Source of the DNA: Nemertoderma westbladi
Taxonomy: Eukaryota; Animalia; Xenacoelomorpha
Direction of reading: 5' to 3'
DNA length: 64,000 bases
Assembly (NCBI GenBank): GCA_032718475.1
Contig: JAUCBJ010007955.1
Coordinates: 1-64,000, forward strand
The notes under the pieces are model-generated. The model was not told the origin of the DNA. It did no database searches and was given only the letters and a program-made list of their open reading frames with translations. The position numbers were made by a program, and so were the translations under genes. Below are positions 1 to 13,634 of this stretch, in pieces (position 1 is the stretch's first letter; each line of letters starts with the position of its first letter).

Positions 1-149
1 AGCGTAATACGTTTTTTAACAAGCCTTCAAGGCTTCGAGCAGCACGATATTTTACAATTGAATAAACATGGGAATTAGAATGGACGGTGAAAAGTTGGAG
101 GTATATTTGAGCCCATTTTAAAAGATTATAGAAGAAGTGTCTACAAAGG

Positions 150-570
150 AAGACAGACAACATTTGGCTGTAATATTTCGATATTTTTTCAAAGCCTTCA
201 TCAATTCTTAGTAATGTTCGCATGTTCCAAATTCTCCAGGCATATAGGACTCCCAATAAGTTTGTGTCGGTTCGACCACCTTTATAATCACTAATGGAGA
301 CACCGGCCCATCCGAGGTGCTCCAAGGAGAAATATTAGCACCTTTCCTTTTCATTATGGTAGTGAATTATATGCTGCGAACGGGGGGGGGGGGGGGGGTT
401 ATCTACACCTTCATGTAGCTCATGGGTCCCCAGCAGAATATCTAACTGATCTCAACTTTGTTGACGATATTTGTTTACTGACAGTCTAGATTAGATGAGG
501 TTGTAACAATAGTTGGCCTCTTTGTGAATAGCATAAATACCAAAATTATAACAGTAAACATGGACTCAGA
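150..570 (+). pseudogene. Degenerate RTE-like LINE reverse transcriptase fragment
   Basis: Broken frames read VLQGEILAPFLFIMVVNYML (~317-377) and YLTDLNFVDDICLL (~439-480), matching the RT motifs GVLQGDTLAP and ADD of the intact RTE at 14115; contains stops and frameshifts. Confidence 0.65.
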
Positions 571-639
571 CCATTGAAACATTGATCGCCATTCACTCGC
601 TGGAGGGACTGGTAAGTCATTCGAATGACTACTGCTATA

Positions 640-966
640 CAACACATTCAACAGGAGGGATCCGTGAATATTCTATACCGATATCACTTGCCTAGTTGCT
701 TAGAGATGTCCTGAATCATTCACTGCGTCCGGTAGGTTGTTCTGATAAGTGCAAATTGTCTTGTAAAGTAAGCATTGATGAACAACATCATATCAATATT
801 CGAGATAATTTCTGGAAACTAGAGGCTCAAGCTCGGAAACAACTTCTTATGAGTTTAATTGAGAAAAGCGGTACATTAACTAATTCGTGAAGAAAATACC
901 TTCCTGATAAAACAGATCAACAGCATCGGGTGTGCCAACTCTTGTATACAAGCCGATGAATAATCA
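640..966 (+). repeat. ~325-bp dispersed repeat, probably a DNA-transposon (Sola-like) transposase fragment; inverted copy at 5900-6219
   Basis: ORFs 696..890(+) and 5975..6169(-) are near-identical. The peptide CSDKCKLSC...INIRDNFWKL...KQLLM resembles the Cys-rich N-terminal region of Sola-type transposases (from memory, unverified). Confidence 0.6.
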
Positions 967-1164
967 ACCCTTTATGTCAGCATATGCAAATCCTAGATTG
1001 GAATATTTTATATTTCCAAATGACGTCGAGCATGGTGTATTCAAGATGGTTGGAAGGCTCCTTAATCGGAGGGAAGGGACTTAGGGAGGGTAGGGAAGGA
1101 GTTATGGGTGGATGCCAAAGTCTCTATCGTCTCGTTGTGTCTGTGAGGAGTGATTTTCTCCTAC

Positions 1165-1725
1165 CCACATTCTGTCGTGCCCCACTGGAGGATTTCCTTC
1201 CATCATGTACAACGAGATCCGGGACTTTGTCGCTGATGCTCTGACGGTGGTGTCACATAATGTGGCTGTGGAGCCAGCCCTCCAACCGCTAATGGGCGAG
1301 CAGTTTGAACACCGCAGCACTTCAACGGACCAGCTGGCGAGATTGGACGTCTCAGTGACGGCTTCTGGGGCAATCGGTTCCAGAAGACGTTCCTGGACGT
1401 CTCAGTCTTCAATCCACTGGCAGAAACTAATGCTGCCATGTCCCTACCATCAGCCCACCTTTACCATGAAGCGCGGAAGAACCTAAAGTATCAGGAACGA
1501 GAGAGGGAGGTAGAACACGCCACCTTCACGCCTCTGATTTTCTCCACGTTTGGTGGTATGGCGCCTTCGGCCGTACATCTGGTGAAGTGGTTGGCGCACC
1601 GCCTGGTGGAGAAGCGAGAAATGCGGTATGCGGAGTGCATCACATGGGTTCGACGAAAGTTGAACTTTGCGTTGTTGCGGTCGGCCCTCATGTGTCTCCG
1701 TGGACACCGGTTGGCTGCTAGACGA
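1165..1725 (+). pseudogene. 3' fragment of a CRE-like non-LTR retrotransposon (Zn knuckle plus restriction-like endonuclease)
   Basis: HILSCPTGGFP..YNEIRD, VEPALQPL, ARLDVS, GFWG..TFLDV, HEARKNLKY, FTPLIFSTFGGM, LLRSALMCLRG; frameshifted across ORFs 1205 and 1438. Confidence 0.75.
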
Positions 1726-2145
1726 CCCATTTGCTGCACAAATTCAATTGCAGACATAGTCATTGTACATGTGAATGCGGATGTTGCCCCACCACCGTTG
1801 ACCCCAACGAGTTGACAAGATCGCAAGCAAAGGGATTGCACTGGTACAGCAGAACTGCAGTTAGGGTATGGTAATTTGTTGGATGGGGGGGGGGGGGTTG
1901 TCTATCAGGCTGTAATTTATAGTATGTAGGCGGGCGGTTGCTGGTTGTGCCTTGGGCAGGTGTTGGGATGAGGTACAGCAGTTTAGCAGTTTCAGTGGGG
2001 GGGGGGGGGGGTTGGTAGTGCAGGACGACGGCCATGGAAGAGAGTACATGCAGAAATGTTGTACCGAAGGGCAATAGGTCAGGTTGGTTGGGAGTTTGCT
2101 CAACCTAGTAGTAGTAGTTACATAATTCTAAGTACGTGTGGCGGA

Positions 2146-3110
2146 CTATGTTAAAATGTCGGTGGTCACCTTGAGTTGATGATATCGGAGGATTTCCACT
2201 TTGACAACGGCTAGTAGGGACGGCTTATGGTGGTAACTGGAAAAAAAGTATGGTGAGTTTGTTGGAGGTAGGTTTCTTATAGAGTTTGGTGTAGAGGTTC
2301 TTGTTGTGGGGGCGGAATAAGGTAGGTCTAGGTAGTATAAGGATAAGGTAACATCTAGGTAGTTCATTTCTAAGTACGAATGGTCTGTGGTAAATTGTAT
2401 GGTGTTGTGTAAGGACTGGCATGCAGAATTTAGGTTTTTGGTGAAGATATCAACTAGTTCTGACATTAATTATTGGTCAAAGATCAGTAGGCTATCTTCA
2501 ACCAAGGTGCGGAAGAAGATATCGGAGTACAACATGACACTGAGGGTTTTACGTATAAGTGTCACCTACGTGATTACCGCATATTCGTCACTGTGGGAGC
2601 CACCCATGGGAGCTCCAGCGATTTGTAAGTAGAATTTCTGCTTGAATTTAAAGTAGTTATGAAAAAGGAGGAATCGGAGGATGTGTGAGAGCTGCTGCGG
2701 AGAGAATTTTCATATATACGGTAGAGTCGTGTCTTCAATCATGGACTGCATTGTGGCTTGGATGCCAATCTCATTGGGAATCGCTGTAAACATAACATCC
2801 ACAGCCACCAAGTCCCACAGTACCTTCCCTCCGATTAAGGAGCCTTCCAACCATTATGCAAATCCTCATGGTGATATAGCACATCCCTTCAAGGTACTAA
2901 AATCAATGAGTGTATCATTGGTGCACGTGGGTAACGAGCAGTGTATCCAATGTCGAAATTCCTCAGCAAAGAAGCCGAGGAAATCGCACAACACTTGGGT
3001 TTCCTGATGGTTGCATTGAACGAGTAATTAAACGTCTGGGAAAATTACCCCACATTCGAAGTTGGCCCTCTGGAGAGATCAAACTCAAATCGATCCCCAC
3101 CCTTTCCAGA
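2146..3110 (-). pseudogene. Degenerate Penelope-like (PLE) reverse transcriptase fragment
   Basis: Minus-strand peptides IQFTTDHS..MNYLDVTL, LYTKLYKKPT, GAPMGG and LVAVDVMFTAIP are typical of PLE-type RTs; frames are disrupted. Confidence 0.55.
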
Positions 3111-5899
3111 CTGAATGAAACTAAACCCTTATGAGGTGTGCATTATTTTTCGTTCTTTTTTTTAATTGCGTTGTCTTTAGAAATGGACGGATATTAAATT
3201 GGGTGTTTTCTACAAATATGTACAAAAAAATTTCATTGTTATTCTACAATTTTTCTAATTCAAATACTGAATACAACGTTGTCACTTTGTACGCAAATTA
3301 TTCTTTAAGGTAGCAAATTTTCTCCTTCTCAAAAATAGCCGATAGTGATACCCTATCTTCAAAAAACAATCACCTCGATTTTCCCCATTTCATATCAAAG
3401 TATATTTACTCAAAACACGGTTTTTTGAGATAAGCTGTTTTGGCATCCAAGGGCAGAATGTGCATGCAGATTAGTACATTCAGACATGTTAACATGACAG
3501 GGTATGACTGTGTTAGAATAAAACTTTCAAGGCAGGCTTAACACGTCAACTTTATTTAAAGTAACATTTATTAAAGAATAGCTGCTGGTCAACCGTAATC
3601 CAATCGTCTAAAGTACTACCTTTCCCTTAATTGACAATTAACATTGATAATTCGCCGATCGAGATATTGCTGTTTTATTAACCCTCTATGTCCCTGTGTG
3701 GATGAAATATATGTATTGCTATTATTATTATTACTGCCACATAAATATTATAGGCTGACCATGGTAAAATTCGAAAATGAAGCTCTTCAAAAGTATTCCC
3801 CGTTTAATGAAATGTCATGGCTGCAACAGATCACTTTGTCAGCCATAACATTCCAAGTTCGACCATCAAGGAAAAACAAACTGCTCAAGTTCATTAAAGG
3901 CAATGTAATTAACTATATCTGAACCTGTTATTTCTGTATGATGAATGATGCCTGGAGCACTGACTAGACAGGCAGTAGTTTACCGTTGTACGTTTGTACA
4001 CTTACAAGTGCTTACGGCTGTTTTGGCTGTCAGGACATGGTATTTAATAACCTGTGTTGCGAATTCAGTAGCTGACTGGAAAATAAACACTTGAACTTCA
4101 TACTACACACTACCATATGCTATAGATTTGGATGCAGAAAAAGTTAGGTTATACTGTGATATTTAGCAAATATAATAAGTATTTACAATTACATGTCATT
4201 TCTGTGATTTTCTTTTAAATAAAACCCTTTTTGTCAGCCAAAAGTAAGCATATTAAGACTTTAATTTGCGACAAAAACATAATTATCCAATCAACATTCC
4301 ATAAGTGTGGATAAAAAAGACCAATAAAAATCAATTATCTAGATGTTAACTTTGTTGAATTATTTGTTCTAGATCAATAATTACGTTGGAAATTATTAAT
4401 ATATTTAGTATTACTTATATACACCATGTCCCGTAATATAGTGTCATTTTCTTATGACACGGACCCCCTCCCCTAGATTCCATGAAGCCGGAATTTTCGA
4501 GTTAACCTTTAATATTTTTTTTTATAAGCGTTTTAAAAAAGTGTCTTTTGCTAAATCGCACCCTCCGTATCATTGCCATTCTCCACATTAGGCGTAATTT
4601 CATAGCATAGCAATGGTAAAATAACACCAATAACAGCTGGTGTCAATGTCATGATGAAAAATGGCTTATGTAATGGATTTCTACACAAGGCTTAGTATAA
4701 ATCGATGAGGTTGCCAAGATTATTGTACTTAGTACACCCATACTGTTTGTTTAGGCCCTAGCACTCTCTGTCAAAGCAAACATTAACTGGTTGGTTTAGT
4801 TTGAAATCTATTATCGCCTCAGCTGAATTACTCTTCACAATGCATTCTATGGGAATATCTCACTCTGCTAATGTAAGCCGAATGACTTAAGTACACAGTG
4901 TGTTGGCTACATTAATGCCAACATTATTGCAAAATGTTTTATTGTTGGATTACTCTCTGTCAGTCTCCCCTTCAGAACATTGTATAGGGAATTTACTTTA
5001 GTTTACTCTACTGTGCCATTCAGCTGAATGGATTTGAGCGATTGCCAAGTTACTGAGTTGTATCATTCTCTGACCATAGGCAAAGACATCAAATCTTTTT
5101 ATGCAAAATCTTAAATTACTGTAAATTTTTGGCGACTGGGGGGGGGGGGGGGGGGGTCAATTTTTTTCGATCCTCTATAACTCCGGTACGCTTTGTCCAA
5201 ATTCGATGGGGTTTTTATTTTTCAACTTAATTCGATTTCCTCTTTCAGCCTATCCATGTTTCGAAACCCCAAACAGCGCCGTTCAAAAATTAATTTTTTC
5301 TAGTTCTAGAATTTTACAAATTTCAAAAAAGTTGCAGTATTTTATTAACGCCTTTACGGAATTCGATAGCGTTTTCGATTTTTATATTAAACGCAATATC
5401 CTGAATCTCACTAGCCTAGTTTTGCGTCACCGATGCCAAGACTTCATACTTTTTGAGGAAAATTTTATTGAATAATTTTTATTTAATTACATTTATCGCG
5501 ATTTCTTATTACTGGTTGCACATGAATTGATGGAGTTTTCAATTTATTAAGTAAACAAGATATCGCGATCGCACCAGCGAGGTTTCGAAATTCCAAAACG
5601 AGGTCTTCACTAGTTGCAGGTCGATTTTGTTCTAGAATTGAGCAACTAATAATAATTTATTAATAATTATTGTATGAAATATGATTGTATTTTTACATAA
5701 TTATTAGTTCTATACCAATTCTCGATGTCTCTTTTATTTAAAATAAAAAGTCGGTTCCTTATCGGGCCGCTAGGCCCGTCACAAGTTAGGAACCGAGAGG
5801 TTCATTACTGTGGGAGAGGGGAGAGGGGAGAGGAGAGAGGGGGGGAGGGGGAGGGGAGAGAGGGGGGGGGAGAGGGGGGGGGGGGGGGGGGGGGGAGGA

Positions 5900-6219
5900 T
5901 GATTATTCGTCGGCTTGTATACAAGAGTTGCCACACCTGATGTTGTTGATCTGTTTTATCAGGAAGGTATTTTTTCACGAATTAGTTAATGTACCGCTTT
6001 TCTCAATTAAACTCATAAGAAGTTGTTTCCGAGTTTGAGCCTCTAGTTTCCAGAAAGTATCTCGAATATTGATATGATGTTGTTCATCAATGCTTACTTT
6101 ACAAGACAATTTGCACTTATCAGAACAACCTACCGGACGCAGTGAATAATTCAGGACATCTCTAAGCAACTAAGCAAGTGATATCTGTATAGAATATTCA
6201 CAGAATGTTGAATGTGTTG
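5900..6219 (-). repeat. Inverted copy of the 640-966 repeat
   Basis: Reverse complement aligns with 640-966 with only a few substitutions and one small indel region. Confidence 0.85.
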
Positions 6220-6429
6220 TTTAGCTGTTTGCGCCTCTGGCAATCCCAACAATTCTGGGGTTGGCTATCTGCTCTAATACATCTGAAGCATTTGGAGGCT
6301 GATTTGGTACTAAAACTTATAATTCTGGGAATAAATGTTGCAACAGCAAAGAAATTGAGACATCATTAATGTCATCTCTCCCAACCGCAGTATCCACCAT
6401 AACACAATCATCCTAAATACTTGTCAAAA

Positions 6430-6685
6430 TACCATAATCTACAGTTTCAATAGAACCAGCAGCCACCGCAACACGATCATCCTGAGAACTTGTCCCAATA
6501 CTGCCTCCAAGACGATGTACCGTTCCACTAGAACCAGTAGCTACCGCAACACGATCATCCTCAGAGCTTGTCCCAATACTGCCTCAAACACAATCTACAG
6601 TTTCAATAGAACCAGCAGCCACTGCAACATAATCATCATAGGCACTTGTCGTCCCAATACTGTCTCCACAGTTCTACTAGAACCA
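6430..6685. repeat. Short degenerate tandem repeat (~78-bp unit, ~3 copies)
   Basis: Recurring TAGAACCAG(C/T)AGC..CCGCAACACGATCATCCT.AGA.CTTGTCCCAATACTG. Confidence 0.7.
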
Positions 6686-7681
6686 ACACCCTATCTGGGA
6701 GTTCTATTGCAGAACATCCTATCTCTCTCAGATAGGGTGTGCTGCCTGATTATGAATTTCAAATACCATTAAAATGATCACATAGGGAGGGTACAATTTT
6801 ATAAATGAAGTTTGTTAAGCATTGTAGTAGGTATGGTAAAATGTACTGCACCGCTGGAAAGAGCGCACTGCAAGATTAGTCATCATCGATCTACCTGAAT
6901 ATCGAAAATTTTGTGGCTGTTTAGCCACCCAGAGGCAGCAATGTTGTAGGTACTGGTAAAAGCAGTGCAGCTGCAGCAGTATTATGATAAGGGAAGAAAG
7001 TAATCTTAACTTAGTGACACACTAAATGCAACTAATTAAATAAAAGGTTATAAGAAACCAATAATGAAATTCATATATATTTTTACCTGGGTGTATGAAT
7101 GGTTGTTTTTTATGTTTCATTTGGCAGTCCAATTCGCAACGTTTTCGTTTTTGATCCAGTACATTTCAGTTCCGTCTATATTTGTGTATAGTAGTACTAT
7201 CAAAATAAGGGAAAGGGACAAGTAACATCACCACATAATATTTACATTTTATTTTACCCTAGAGAAGGTTCAATTGTATTATGTCGAGAATAACCCACAC
7301 CCAAATCTTGCTGCTGTTTATTTGAAAAAATTTAAATAGGAGAAAAGAAACGGTAAATCTTTTTGGAGAAAACTGTAGGCCAGTAATTTATTAAAGACAA
7401 TTAGCGAGGAGGCTGCTGCTGAGTGAATGCTGCTGAGAATGTAGTAGTTAAAAGTAGTTTTACCGCATTAGTTATAGTCTTTTAATTTCTTAGGTTGTGA
7501 TAAAACAGTATTCCAGGGCTTAAGCGAAGGTGAACTAACTGAGTGTGGATCAAGGTCGTCCTACTTTGAATGCTTAAGGAGTTTGTCAAATTATATGTGC
7601 ACGAATAAATAGTTGTTAAAAATAATATATTTTCTACTTTGGTATGTCAGTCACGTCTACATTACTCCATATTGTTTACAG

Positions 7682-7899
7682 ATGGCCAATGCCTCATGCA
7701 TTGTGTATATTCTGGTTGACCATTGATTACACAATGTGCACCAGTTCGGTTTTAAGCATAATGCTTATCAGTTGCGATCGATTTCTCTCTGTGACACGTG
7801 CACTACAATATATGTTGAGCCAAACCAAACAGAAGGCCTTTATGAAGATGGGTCTTGTATGGGTGACTGCTTTCATGCTTTATGGACCAGCAACGATAT
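7682..7899 (+). CDS. Internal exon (TM3-TM4) of an aminergic GPCR, histamine H3/H4- or muscarinic-like
   Basis: WPMPHALCIFWLTIDYTMCTSSVLSIMLISCDRFLSV...VWVTAFMLYGPATI contains the TM3 amine-binding Asp and a DRF motif. Acceptor is tttacag|, donor is T|gttagt. The phase-1 end joins the next exon as T+TG=Leu (GPATI-L-WEH). Confidence 0.9.
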
Positions 7900-9279
7900 G
7901 TTAGTATGCAGTAATCAATATATTAAATAGGTTACAAATTATCGTTTTTTGAGATCAATTGGGTGAGTATTTATGCTATTATTATTATTAACCTGCGAAT
8001 GATAAACGCCGAGGTTTACGGTACAATGCACCCGTATCAACCTCTCGAAATGAACACAGACTACAATTCAGGAAGGCACTATGCTGGAGAAGGATATACG
8101 AGATCATACCAGATCTGTTAATAAAACCCCAGTAGGAGGCGTTCGTGTTGAAAACCGGATATGACATAGTTGTCAAGGCTAACATGAGAGGGAAATGGAT
8201 ATTAGACTTGGGATAAACCTTGACAACTTGGTTGAAACCAGAGATAAGAGTTGTTTATCATCTACATTGAGGGTGTGTCAAGACATGGTAGGATAGGGAT
8301 TGGCCAACTACCATCATACAATATGTGGTATATACGATTACATGGTCACTGCTTAGGGTCACACATAATATTAATAGGGTGAGAGTACAGATTAGTTATT
8401 AGTTAAAATATCAATAAAACTCTTCATATTCGTAGTATGCCTGCTACGTACAGTGTGCTGACAGTAAGTTGTGATTGTTTGAGGTTGTTTTTTGATAAAA
8501 AATAAAGTTCTCAGATATATGGAAAACTATATATCATTTGAAAGTTAGAAACGTGAAAAGAAAAAATTATGGTTAAAAGAGCGTCCTTCATGTAACAATA
8601 ATATCTGGTAATTAATGTGCAATTTTTGAGTGTTTAACAAAATGTCCTTCATGTAACGAAAACATACACTCATGTAATACTTTAATTATATGTACTATGG
8701 TATATTGTATCCACCTAAACCCCCTCACTTTTTTTTTACAACAGCGTTATGATTATGACGTTAATTTGAAAAGTAACAGAGTAACAGGCTGTTGAAAACC
8801 TGCCCCCCATCCATATTATTTGCAAAGCGCAAAGTACATTTAAGTTACAGTATTCTTCACTATTTTTCTGATATTTTATAGCAAATATTAAGAACACCAT
8901 ATTTAAAATAGATGCTGCAGTTCGTTATGGGGTTGGGCTAGTTGCAATACAATTTCCTGTTTAATGAGAATCCATTCCGAAATTAGTAAAATTTAGATTT
9001 AGCTGATGTGGTGTATGTATCAAAGATTATTGAATTGAAGCAATGATTAACATTGTAACATTATATGAACATGGAACATTATTATTAATTATTATTATTA
9101 CAGAATTATGTAAACGATTGGACTGTGTATTTTACCATAGATTCTTAGATTAGAAGCATATTGTAAACTAGAAAAACTAAATTTCCCTTTCTTAAACTCG
9201 TCGAAATGTCTCCCTTTTTGATCGGAACTTGATTAAGTAGAAACTCGCATCAATATTATCCTAAATCCTCTGAAACAGC

Positions 9280-10490
9280 GAAGAGTTACCTGAGAAAAGA
9301 AGGAAACTAAGGTTTCTTTTAAGACAAGTGGAGTTGGTTAATGCACCAAAGAACACAAAGGTTTACGATGTGGATGATATAATATTAGCCTTCCGCTGGT
9401 ATGCGATGTCAAGGTCGTTGTATAAAGAATTACGAATTGTCCTGCAAGTACCTAATGTTCAAACTCTGCAAAGACTTACCAGCCAGGTTGACAAGATGAG
9501 TAAAGTGGCCCTTATTAAACTACTTCTTAGCAATCAGGACGATCGCTGTAAGACTATAACTCTCCATATAGACGAGGTTTATGTTAAAGCGTCGATTGTT
9601 TACCATGGTGGCTATATATTCGGTAACGCTGTAGATGATAGCAATAGTCTTGCTAGTACTATTTTGGCCTTCTAGCATGATGTCTCTTTAGTGGTAAACA
9701 CATTGTTCTGCGCTTGCTTCCCATTTCAGCATTAGATGCAGAATTCCTTTACAATGAAGTGATAGAAATGTGCGAGGAAGTCGTAGCTACTGGAGGCTTC
9801 CCATTGGCCAGTATTGGTGGATGGAAATCGAGTCAACCAGAAATTTATGAAACTTTTTGAAACTGAACCAAACAAACCATGGATGACTATTGAAATTCCC
9901 GGAGTTGATTTTGAAACTGAACCAAACAAACCATGGATGACTACTGAAATTCCCTAACTACTGATATATTTTTTTTGTTGTATGGGAATTCTCATCTTTT
10001 AAAGTGTATTCAAAATAATTGGGTGACGGAGAGAACTGGAACAATTGAGTGGTATGATAATGATATTGAAGATATCTCTAATAGGTCTATCCATTCAGCT
10101 AAATGGGATGATATTGTTGCGCTATATAACAGTGATAAAGATTCGATAATTCGCTTAACTACACTTAGCGAACCGGCTATTAAACCATCAGACATAGAGA
10201 AACAAAAGGTTGGTCTCGTTACTAAGATATTCTCTGAACAAACTTCAGCCACACTTCAGACATATAGCGGTTCATCCTTCAGTTCGAAAGAAACGGCCAA
10301 ATTCATAGATATCTTCCGTCGATTCTTTAGAATAACTAATGTGAGAGAGAAGGCTATATGAACATATTAAAACTCGAGATCCGGATCGCAAACCCATTCG
10401 ACTTTATGATGTCACCTTCTATTCAATTTCTAAAGGAACTCGGAATTTTAGCTCAACAATTAAGAACCACAAAAATACGTAATCGAACTC
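9280..10490 (+). pseudogene. P-element/THAP9-like transposase relic
   Basis: Motifs SLYKELR..LQVPN..TLQR, LHIDEVYVK..IVYHGG.IFG, HLLKCIQNNW and EKQKVGL..KIFS in broken frames (ORFs 9328, 9975). Confidence 0.8.
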
Positions 10491-10837
10491 ATAATCTTCT
10501 TCCCAAAATCGTAAAATAAAAAAATTATCCTCCGTTTAAATATTGTTTACATTTCGTTACAGTATTAGTTTACTTAATAATAAAGTAGGTATTTTGAATA
10601 TATTGTAATTTATTGTATAATATATTTTATATCAATTATATATTTGTAAATTCTAATTTAACTTCTCTAATTTAAATATCAATAAATAATAAATTATAAT
10701 AAATAAAATTAATAATAAATAATATCAAAAAATGAATAATAATGCTGAATTTAAAATGTTTTGTGACATTCAAAAGTCGGACTCCGCTAGCAGAGGCCAG
10801 AATTCCGGTGTCACTGCCTGTACTAGGTATCGCCTTG

Positions 10838-11120
10838 TTACTAGGCCATCATGAGCACCAGCAGCTGGTGTTTCTATCATTGAGTCTATGGCAATTTTCA
10901 TGTTTTGGGGCTATTTTTTCAAAATAAAAAAGACACTTAATAATTTTTTTCGAAGCAATTTTTTCCACATCCTGGGGTTGAGCTGCGTCGATTGATTTAA
11001 CTTTCATTGACGGACGAGCTATAGCTTCGCAGGAGTTCACCTGATACACATACAGTACATACATAGATAGATAGCTAGATAGTGAATACTTTTCAGTATG
11101 AAGTCCTAACGATCTTCAAA
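10838..11120 (+). repeat. Dispersed ~280-bp repeat, second copy at ~48565-48830
   Basis: TACTAGGCC.TCATGAG..CCAGCAGCTGGTGTTTCTATCATTGAGTCTAT... is shared in the same orientation. Confidence 0.75.
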
Positions 11121-11244
11121 TCAATTGCTAATAGTGTAAGAAAAGTTGTTGTTTCCATAATCCCCAGTTTCTAATATATCTAATAGCACGAAAGTACTAC
11201 TACGACGACAACGACAACTAAACTCCAAGTTGCTAATTTGGCAA

Positions 11245-11375
11245 TTCATTCACTGGTACACTCACACTGGTACACTGGTACACTCACAAACTAAAAAATC
11301 ATTCAGCTGGTACACTCACAAACTAAAAAATCATTCACTGGTACACTCACAAACTAATAAATCATTCAGCTGACC
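11245..11375. repeat. Short tandem repeat CTGGTACACTCACAAACTAAAAAATCATTCA
   Basis: About three full and several partial copies are visible. Confidence 0.75.
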
Positions 11376-12639
11376 TGCCATTCGCAGTAAACCAATTGCG
11401 AAAATGTAGTATTGGCTGGAAATCAGTAAGTCAGTTAGTCAGCCACGAGTCGGTTCCTAATAACGGATATACTGGTAACTAAAATTATAATTATTTAGTC
11501 AAGCTGGAAACCAAACTATTGCTAAGTAGAATTGTTTGGTATAAGTTGTGTGGTTTAACGGATCACATTGCTAATCAAAGGTCAACATTATTGAATTGGA
11601 AACCGATTGCTTATTAGAGTTGAAACAAAAAAAATTTATAGGTAGTGTAATATATAATGACTAAATACATAATTAACCATATAGTGTAAAATTCAATAGA
11701 ACAAGTTGCAGCTTCATTTTTGGGAGTAATTAGTTGTTATTTGCTTTGATTTTCCCAGGAAGAGGGATGAATTTTGATTAAGTCCGTCCTACTTTTATTT
11801 TTGTAATATCCTGTGTCATACAGTATTAACTAATTGAATACTGTGTTGACCTTCTAGTAGCACCACTAATACATTGTAAAAATGTTTAAAATGATATCAA
11901 AATATTAATTATTACTTTGCTTTCCAATTTGCTCTTGATTTTAATTATCTGTCACTCTTCATAAATTCCCCACTCCCTCAACGGTTGGAAGGACCACTCT
12001 GAGAATCGCGTAAAGAATGACAGTAAATAACTTTGTGATACATCGTGTGTCTGAGTCAGTACTCACAGATATCCCCATAGGTGACTTCATTGCAAGGCTA
12101 ATGCAAAGAGCATCACGAACAATCGTATCAGTGAATTAGATGGCGTCCCCACCCCCCCCCTTGTGGTATTTAAAATTCATGAATGTTTTGAGCTCATTCA
12201 CCCCATTATTGTGGATAATTCTAAATTAGGAAAGCACTAGTAAAACAGTAGGAAAAACAAAGAGAAAATAGAAAAACAATAGGAAAACATATTGAAAACA
12301 CTGTAAAACACCCGGAAAAAAATATTGATTAGAAAAAAATTTTACACATGTACTACTCTGAATCGGCAATCCTAAATGTACTCCTCGCACAGCACACCTT
12401 AAGTTATCACAGTAAACATAGGGAAAACCCTTTCTTCACACTCCACAAAAAAAGTGAAAAAAATGATCAGCATTAAATTTTACCTATATGCTGCTAAAAA
12501 TAAATTGAAAGAGTATAATACTACGTAGAAAGCATTGTCGCTGGGCAACCATGGAACAATAACCAATCCGCACGCAGTTCAGCTCTATCCTTGTTTTGCT
12601 GTTCAGCTGGTAGAGGCACATTTATCAGTATTGCTGTAT

Positions 12640-13350
12640 TCTGGTAGATCACTGAACGATGGTTCTACAACATTTGTGTCCACTGCTGATGGTGACTGAG
12701 ATCAATTCCAAGTCCTTTGGAGCGTCATTCAGGGTGACACACGTTCTACCATTCGTGTTCATTACCGTGGTTGAATATGTTCTACACATTTCCTTAGACC
12801 ATCTTAATAAAGATGAAGTGATGGTACGCCCCTACTAGCTCAAGAAGTAGGCCTAGTCTTCTTCCTTCTTCATACTTATTAAGAAGAGGATTTGAAGTAG
12901 AGGAAATCCAGCCAAGTACCTTACAAATCTAGACTTGTATTCAGGAGTACTGCCAGAATCACTAGACGGCGCCCTAATACTCCTCTCCGCGTTGGAACAG
13001 GCTGCTTCTAGTGTTGGTCTCTTTGAAAAGAACACCTTGAAGATAACATTTTTGAAAGTTAAATTTTACAGTCCCCAGGAAATGTTTGATCGTGTGAGCA
13101 TATGCTCCAGGGTTGGCTTGCTTGAGCTTGTGGATGACTTCTGCTACTTGGGATCATTGATCCGGTAAACATTCGGATGGACATCATTGAATAGTCTGTC
13201 CAGGATTTGGAAGTCCCATATGAAGTCTAAAGGTGAAATTATTTAGCGCATCAGTAAATCCAGTACTCTCATATGGAGGTCCATGCTGGGCTCTAACTGC
13301 TGAGGACACCAAATCTCTGGATGGCACATTCACAAGAATCCTATATCAGG
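12640..13350 (+). pseudogene. Old degenerate RTE-like RT fragment
   Basis: VIQGDT..PFVFITVVEYVL, LELVDDFCYLGSLI and LSYGGPCWALT...LDGTFTRIL correspond to the intact RTE ORF. Confidence 0.65.
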
Positions 13351-13634
13351 TTCACTGTGTCAAGTACAATCTCAGACACTATACAACCTTGGACGTATTT
13401 CTTTAGCCCCCCCCCCCCCCCACCCCCTTTCTTGGGGGGCGGGGGGGGGGGGGGGAAGCTTTTATTTTAGTGTAGTAGAATCACTAGCTAGATTAGTCAA
13501 TAATGCAAAATAAAGTAAATAGTGCAAGGGCTGCAGAAATTTTATAATTTATTTTAATTTCAAATTGATAGAATCAGTTTTTGAGAGAAAGGAACGCTGA
13601 GAATGGATAAATTAGCAAATATAAAGCTATTGGT

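Noticed and set aside
5812-5897. G-rich tracts (also ~381, 1885, 1997, 5138, 13408)
   Set aside because: Simple low-complexity or homopolymer runs with no evidence of specific function; lengths are unreliable.
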